64,000 bases of DNA. Origin: Macrostomum lignano (taxonomy: Eukaryota). Below are positions 58,501-64,000 of this stretch, in pieces. Location of the stretch: contig NIVC01002358.1 in NCBI GenBank assembly GCA_002269645.1, positions 62,001-126,000 of the forward strand, given 5' to 3'. Positions within the stretch are counted from its first letter, which is position 1. Every line of letters starts with the position of its first letter. The notes under the pieces are model-generated. The model searched no databases. It saw only the letters and a list, made by a program, of their open reading frames with translations, and was not told where the DNA came from. The translations under genes and the position numbers were made by a program.

Positions 58501-61348
58501 GAGTGCCAGTTTGAGAAGAGTGCCAGTTTGAGAAGAGTGCCAGTTTGAGAAGAGTGCCAGTTTGAGAAGAGTGCCAGTTTGAGAAGAGTGCCAGTTTGAG
58601 AAGAGTGCCAGTTTGAGAAGAGTGCCAGTTTGAGAAGAGTGCCAGTTTGAGAAGAGTGCCAGTTTGAGAAGAGTGCCAGTTTGAGAAGAGTGCCAGTTTG
58701 AGAAGAGTGCCAGTTTGAGAAGAGTGCCAGTTTGAGAAGAGTGCCAGTTTGAGAAGAGTGCCAGTTTGAGAAGAGTGCCAGTTTGAGAAGAGTGCCAGTT
58801 TGAGAAGAGTGCCAGTTTGAGAAGAGTGCCAGTTTGAGAAGAGTGACAGTTTGAGAAGAGTGCCAGTTTGAGAAGAGTGCCAGTTTGAGAAGAGTGACAC
58901 CTTACCTGATCAATGCACAAAAACCTTCACCAGCTTCGTCTTAAACGTCGTGGCGGAGGACCGTGCGGAGCCGTCGTCCGCGCGGCGCCGTTCCACCGTC
59001 TCGTTGTCGGTACGCCTGACGAGCTCCACCAGCAGCAGCGCCAGCACCGTGGCGACCACTTCGTCAGACGCTGTCACCAGCAGCAGCAGCCAGGCGCCTA
59101 CTTCAACAACCAGCAGTTCGACGACAAGCACCACGACGACAACGACGACGACCTCCACGACTTCAACAATGGCAACTTCTGCTGCGCCAGCGGAGTCGTG
59201 GAACGCCTCAGTAGCCGCATCGGCAGTCTGGATGATTAACGACAGCCACGCAACGGTTGAGGTGATGTCCATGTCTGTAATAATATATATATATATATAA
59301 TACAGCCTCCTGTATGCAGGGTAGGGAGGGGCTCTGGGCAGCTTGACTCTGGTACAAAAAATAATGCAATGCCCCACTCTGACTACTGACTTCCAGCTTC
59401 GAACCACACAGATCAGCAGCAGTGGCAATCAGACTGTTACCATGGAAACCGTTGTCCTGCCAGTCAACTCCAGTCTTATCGCCCAGGCGCCAACTACCGA
59501 AGCGCCGTCGACCTCGACGAGTGGCTCAACCTCGCTGACAACGCCCGAGTCGGTCACGTCGTTGGAGTCGCTGAACGCCACGACGTACGAAGCTGCAACA
59601 ACAAGCGAGACGACAGCGGCACCGACGGAGCAGCTGGTCCAGCCGGCGCCGCTGGGGCTGATCGTGGCCTGCGCACTGCTGGCGGTGATCGCCTCTGTGC
59701 TGGGCCTGCTGCTCGGCTGGTTCCTGTTCGAGCGGTCCCGCCTGAAGGCGCTGGCCGCGGAGCGTCTGGCAACCATCGAGAGCCTGCAGCAGAAGACCAA
59801 CCCCATCTTCTCCAACGGGCAGCACCCGCCGCCGCCGGAAGTCGGGCCGGAGTCGTGAGTTGCTTCCTCGGGAAATTTTGATTTAGTGTATTTATCAGTG
59901 ATCGAATTTATTCACAAAACAGACTACTTATTTGCGACTTCAAGTAGTATGAAGCCGAGAGGGGACGGGGCGCCATGAACGGCGACATGAAGAGTCAACG
60001 GCGATCTGAGCCAGAATGGGGACAAGGAGAGCCAGAATGGGGACAAGGAGAGCCAGAATGGGGACAAGGAGAGCCAGAATGGGGACAATGAGAGCCAGAA
60101 TGGAGACAAGGAGCGCCAGAACGGGGACAATGAGCGCCAGACCGGGGACAAGGAGCGCCAGAATGGGGACAAGGAGAGCCAGAATGGGGACAAGGAGAGC
60201 CAGAATGGAGACAAGGAGAGCCGGAATGGGGACAAGGAGAGCCGGAATGGGGACAAGGAGAGCCAGAATGGAGACAAGGAGAGCCAGAATGGGGACAAGG
60301 AGAGCCGGAATGGGGACAAGGAGAGCCAGAATGGAGACAAGGAGAGCCAGAATGGAGACAAGGAGAGCCGGAATGGGGACAAGGAGAGCCGGAATGGGGA
60401 CAAGGAGAGCCAGAATGGAGACAAGGAGAGCCAGAATGGAGACAAGGAGAGCCGGAATGGGGACAAGGAGAGCCGGAATGGGGACAAGGAGAGCCAGAAT
60501 GGAGACAAGGAGAGCCAGAATGGAGACAAGGAGAGCCGGAATGGGGACAAGGAGAGCCAGAATGGAGACAAGGAGAACCAGAATGGAGACAAGGAGAGCC
60601 GGAATGGGGACAAGGAGAGCCGGAATGGGGACAAGGAGAGCCAGAATGGAGACAAGGAGAGCCAGAATGGAGACAAGGAGAGCCGGAATGGGGACAAGGA
60701 GAGCCGGAATGGAGACAAGGAGAGCCAGAATGGAGACAAGGAGAGCCAGAATGGAGACAAGGAGAGCCAGAATGGAGACAAGGAGAGCCGGAATGGGGAC
60801 AAGGAGAGCCGGAATGGGGACAAGGAGAGCCAGAATGGAGACAAGGAGAGCCAGAATGGAGACAAGGAGAGCCGGAATGGGGACAAGGAGAGCCAGAATG
60901 GAGACAAGGAGAACCAGAATGGAGACAAGGAGAGCCGGAATGGGGACAAGGAGAGCCGGAATGGGGACAAGGAGAGCCAGAATGGAGACAAGGAGAGCCA
61001 GAATGGAGACAAGGAGAGCCGGAATGGGGACAAGGAGAGCCGGAATGGAGACAAGGAGAGCCAGAATGGAGACAAGGAGAGCCAGAATGGAGACAAGGAG
61101 AGCCAGAATGGGTAAAGGAGCGCCAGAAAAAAGGAAGGAGACAGGTCGCTAGGGGGTTTTCAGGCTCTAGTGGAGAATCATCCTTCATCCCCTGAGTCTA
61201 ACTCAGTCCAGCTCGAATCGCTCGCAGTGCCCTCAGCGGCAGCCACTCGCAGCCAGACGGGTCAGCGGCGATCTACGTGTCCCAGCAGCTGGCGCCAGAC
61301 CCGGCCTACCAGACTCTCTCCGTGTCCATGCCCGTCTCGGACTTTTAG
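49563..61348 (+). CDS. Cadherin-related protein: signal peptide, 5 EC repeats, Ser/Thr mucin-like stalk, TM helix, tail with NPIF and C-terminal SDF; 12 exons
   Basis: Phase-consistent exons 49563-49674, 50987-51348, 51434-51526, 52239-52493, 53674-53776 (or an upstream acceptor copy), 55253-55371, 56310-56486, 57217-57351, 58038-58390, 58934-59261, 59397-59854, 61228-61348. Ca-binding motifs DVNEFPP, DYDDQNP, DQD, DRNDNAP, DRD, DRE, DVNDNSP, DAD. Confidence 0.9.
49850..50945. repeat. GA-rich ~19-bp minisatellite (gagggacagagggggagat), cadherin intron 1
   Basis: About 55 copies, purine-rich. Confidence 0.93.
51600..52205. repeat. 21-bp minisatellite (cagcctacagactcccctacc), cadherin intron 3
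   Basis: About 28 copies. Confidence 0.94.
53141..53701 (+). repeat. 51-bp x 11 tandem repeat spanning the intron 4/exon 5 boundary of the cadherin
   Basis: Unit ccccctcccacggctccatccag|AACACCGCTTACATGAACTCGCCGCTGA; AG ends at 53163 and every +51 to 53673. Confidence 0.96.
54000..54990. repeat. 21-bp minisatellite (agtttggttgccagggccacc) with a recurring higher-order block, cadherin intron 5
   Basis: About 47 copies; the variant gttgacagagccatccg recurs. Confidence 0.93.
55378..56270. repeat. cccgat/cccgaat microarray followed by a 20-bp ggaatctcaaatctcaatct array, cadherin intron 6
   Basis: Starts 6 nt after the donor at 55372. Confidence 0.95.
56620..57170. repeat. 17-bp minisatellite (ccagttttgtgggattt), cadherin intron 7
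   Basis: About 30 copies. Confidence 0.92.
57510..57995. repeat. 21-bp minisatellite (ggattcgggatggataagtcg), cadherin intron 8
   Basis: About 23 copies. Confidence 0.94.
58450..58900. repeat. 17-bp minisatellite (gagtgccagtttgagaa), cadherin intron 9
   Basis: About 26 near-identical copies. Confidence 0.95.
60008..61112. repeat. 21-bp minisatellite (gagccagaatggggacaagga), last cadherin intron
   Basis: About 52 copies with two independently varying positions. Confidence 0.95.
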
Positions 61349-61830
61349 AACTTCTTTTAGATATAGTCATCCTACATAATTGTATTTTTAATAACGCATT
61401 ACTAACAAACATAGCCTGTTTCCTAAATCGAAATTCTAAATCCATTCGAATGTTTTTTGTTTTTTTGAAGTGCAATAAAATGTTTATTTTATTTTTTTTC
61501 GAAGCTTAGTTACTGCATGCAGTTGTTGAGTGCAACTCAAAATTCCCTAAAACAGTTAGTCTAGCTCTAGAGCGGGCACGAGACACCAGAGGTAGATAAG
61601 GGATTTCAAAAGGGGACAAATGACTCCAGAAGGGGGCAATAGGCGCCAAAAAGGGCACAAGGTGCATCAGAAGGACACAAGGGACGCCAGAATGACACGG
61701 GGCGCTAGAAGATCGGGTAATTATTGAGACCATTTTTTCAGCAGCCTTTATATTTGTGTTAGATTCTAACTGGCCTTGCTTAATACAGTAGTCACTAATT
61801 TGCTTTGAACGCTTTCTATTCTAACACAAA

Positions 61831-62930
61831 CTAATTTTTAAAAACTATTTGCTGCAACAACAATACTGCCGCAGCGCTGACGGTGCCGACACCGGCGACG
61901 CCACCGAGATGGGCGTCCGGCGCAGTCAGGCGGACCTTGTCGAATGCGGCCAGTTCGAGGCGGAGGCGACGGCGGGGGGCACCGCTGCGGAGCCGGCCTG
62001 CATGCCCGAGTGAGTTGAAGGCTGTTCGTTTAACTAATCGATAGTGTCTATTTTTAGCATATTGATTTTCCACGAGCCTGGGTAAGGCTAACTGTCTAAT
62101 AGAAGTCACGTGACACGCCTTTATTGGTGTGAGGAATGTACATTGCCCCCCGTACAGGGAGGGACAGGTAACCCGAGAATGGCAATAAAACAAGATAAGC
62201 AGTAACAAAGGCCGCTCGCAGCGGTTCCGTGAAAGGGCGGGAACGATTATAGGTAGATAAATTCCAGCAAGTTGATGCTGCGCGCCAATACTACTAACTG
62301 AAGTTTAATAGTAGCTTTAAAGGGTAAATATTGCAACTATTTACGAGGCGTACTTCTAAATTAAACACTTTTAAATATCTGTTGTCTCGATTTTCACAGT
62401 GTAGAGACAGTTTAATTGATGCTGGGTAAGCAAGCGGTAAAAATAAGCTGCCCAATCAATCCATTGAGTCTACATCTTATGTCTGTTTATTAATTATTCG
62501 TCAGTGTTTTTTTGTTGTATTCTTCCTTTGAAAAAAATATTGCTCTTTCGAATCAGGCTTTGCTTTAAAGTACGAGTGGTATACTGAAGTATTTCCTTTG
62601 GGGACCTTTAAATATCTAACGAGCTATCGCAGCCACCTCACTCCACGATCGATCCATCTGATTGGCTGCCGTATCGCCAACCAATAAGCGCGAGTTGGGG
62701 GTTGGCGCAGCAAATCTCAAACTGTACACTCTAAAGCAGGCATCTACGCATTTGAAAATTTCAGCCCCGCGGCTTGGCCAAGCAGCCCCGATGGAGGCCA
62801 GTCGCACGTGCCGGCAATCTATCAGCTGTTTGATGACAATTTGGCGGTCACAGCTGAGTACGTGCGGCACCAGCAGGGCGCTGACCATCCCAAGTACCAC
62901 CGAGCACTGGCGGCCTTTGTCACTCTGCGA
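61831..62930 (-). CDS. Putative 3' exons of a gene extending upstream; Cys-containing with a hydrophobic C-terminus
   Basis: GC-rich open segments ~62930-62620 (SDKGRQCSVVLG...CDRQ...CRHV...CVDACF...) and ~61997-61831 (...LGGVAGVGTVSAAAVLLLQQIVFKN*) join in phase 1 via GCT C|gttag ... gcag|GC. No homology recognised. Confidence 0.38.
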
Positions 62931-63819
62931 ACCAAACTGTAGTGCAATGTTGGATGGCCGTACATTATAAATGCATGCTTTCCCTGCCTTCTTGCTTATC
63001 CTTTCACTCTAATCTTGGTTATTATTAATATCACCTGATAAAGGAATATTCTCTTTTCTTAACTTCTATTTATCACCAATGCTTGCAATTTCTAGTCAGA
63101 GCTTCTGAACACAAAGAATCTATCTAAGAAATAGACACTTTAGTTGTATTGTATGAAGTCGATTTATTTTTTTCTGAAAAATGTAAATCGTACCCTTGTT
63201 TTTGTTGCTTTACTTTAAGCTATATTGGATGAGAAATCGATAAGAAAGACAATTATCGAATTTAGCCTTTTTCATTAAAAGAACTCTGGCTCTTATTTAC
63301 AAATAATTCGTGAATGACAATCTTTTCGGCATAAAATTGCACACACTTATTAAGTGTTAAAATTACCCAAAAATAGCTTCAGCAATACAAAACCAGATTC
63401 AGAAGGGAAAACGCAAAGAAGCATGAGAATTTATTGAAGTAGAAAATTACAAAATCAAAATAATGGTTACTCAATTTACATATGCTATATAGCAGCAGTT
63501 TATCAAGGACCACTCAAGTAGAAGGGTGGAGAATTTGATTTCTTAGAAAAGTTTAGGAGGCAGATTTTACTGAAAAATACATTACGGAGAGAGCATTGTT
63601 TCTCGTCCATAATGTTATAAAGCAGTCCTATAATATACAAGTAGTCCTGTATATGCAATTATTGCACACAGTTTTTGTTAGGCATTTTTCGGATATGTTT
63701 TATGGCACAGCCGAACTTCAACTTTAAAATGACATAATATCACTTCTGGGTTGAAGGAAATAAAAAAGTACCCAGAATTTCGTATCATAAATAAACTCTT
63801 TTTAAATAAACTTCTTTTG

Positions 63820-64000
63820 GGCCAACTTGTCACTCTAGCAATGGCTCCCTCATCATCAGCCACTCAATAGTCTATGGCCCAACCTGTCACTCTAGCAATG
63901 GCTCTCATCCCATCCATCATCAGCCACTCAATAGTCTATGGCCCAACCTGTCACTCTAGCAATGGCTCCTATCCCATCCATCATCAGCCACTCAATAGTC
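63820..64000. repeat. ~57-65 bp tandem repeat continuing past the window end
   Basis: cactcaatagtctatggcccaacctgtcactctagcaatggctc...catcatcagc repeated about 3 times. Confidence 0.85.

Noticed and set aside
59855-59858. Cadherin stop at 59858 as given by the ORF track
   Set aside because: The TGA overlaps a consensus donor (TC|gtgagt) that splices in phase to a GC3-rich terminal exon at 61228-61348.
49717-61188. Repeat-derived ORFs within cadherin introns (Pro/Leu/Ser, TDSPTQ, ATKLVAL, IPNPDPESRSR, LSPFWLS etc.)
   Set aside because: They lie between canonical donors and acceptors of a phase-consistent cadherin model and are not in frame with the flanking exons, except for the two cases reported as findings.

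Overview
Eukaryotic (animal) genomic DNA with spliceosomal introns; no rRNA, intact tRNA or CRISPR array was found. GC3-rich exons, 40-42 nt introns and minisatellite-filled introns resemble the flatworm Macrostomum (inference only, not verified). Host genes reconstructed by hand with phase-consistent splicing: a tandem Ras-association (RA) domain gene (partial), an 8-exon orphan gene, a kinesin-14 with a 1-nt frameshift, ANAPC10, two small membrane-protein ORFs, and a 12-exon cadherin with five EC repeats, a mucin-like stalk, a TM helix and a C-terminal SDF motif. Mobile DNA: a foldback MITE, an internally deleted Tc1/mariner, a hAT-like MITE, an RT-less DIRS/Ngaro-type element (SAP-gag, RNase H, tyrosine recombinase), an ~11 kb CpG-depleted block of decayed DIRS-like, P-element and LINE relics, and an apparently complete 6.7 kb EnSpm/CACTA transposon (TIRs, 2-bp TSD, intact transposase, spliced BEN-domain gene). 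About twenty tandem arrays (13-73 bp units) are present. Top observations: an 11-copy in-frame array of complete 3' splice sites in the cadherin, possible RIP-like hypermutation of the TE block, the two-gene EnSpm, and the RT-less SAP-DIRS element.
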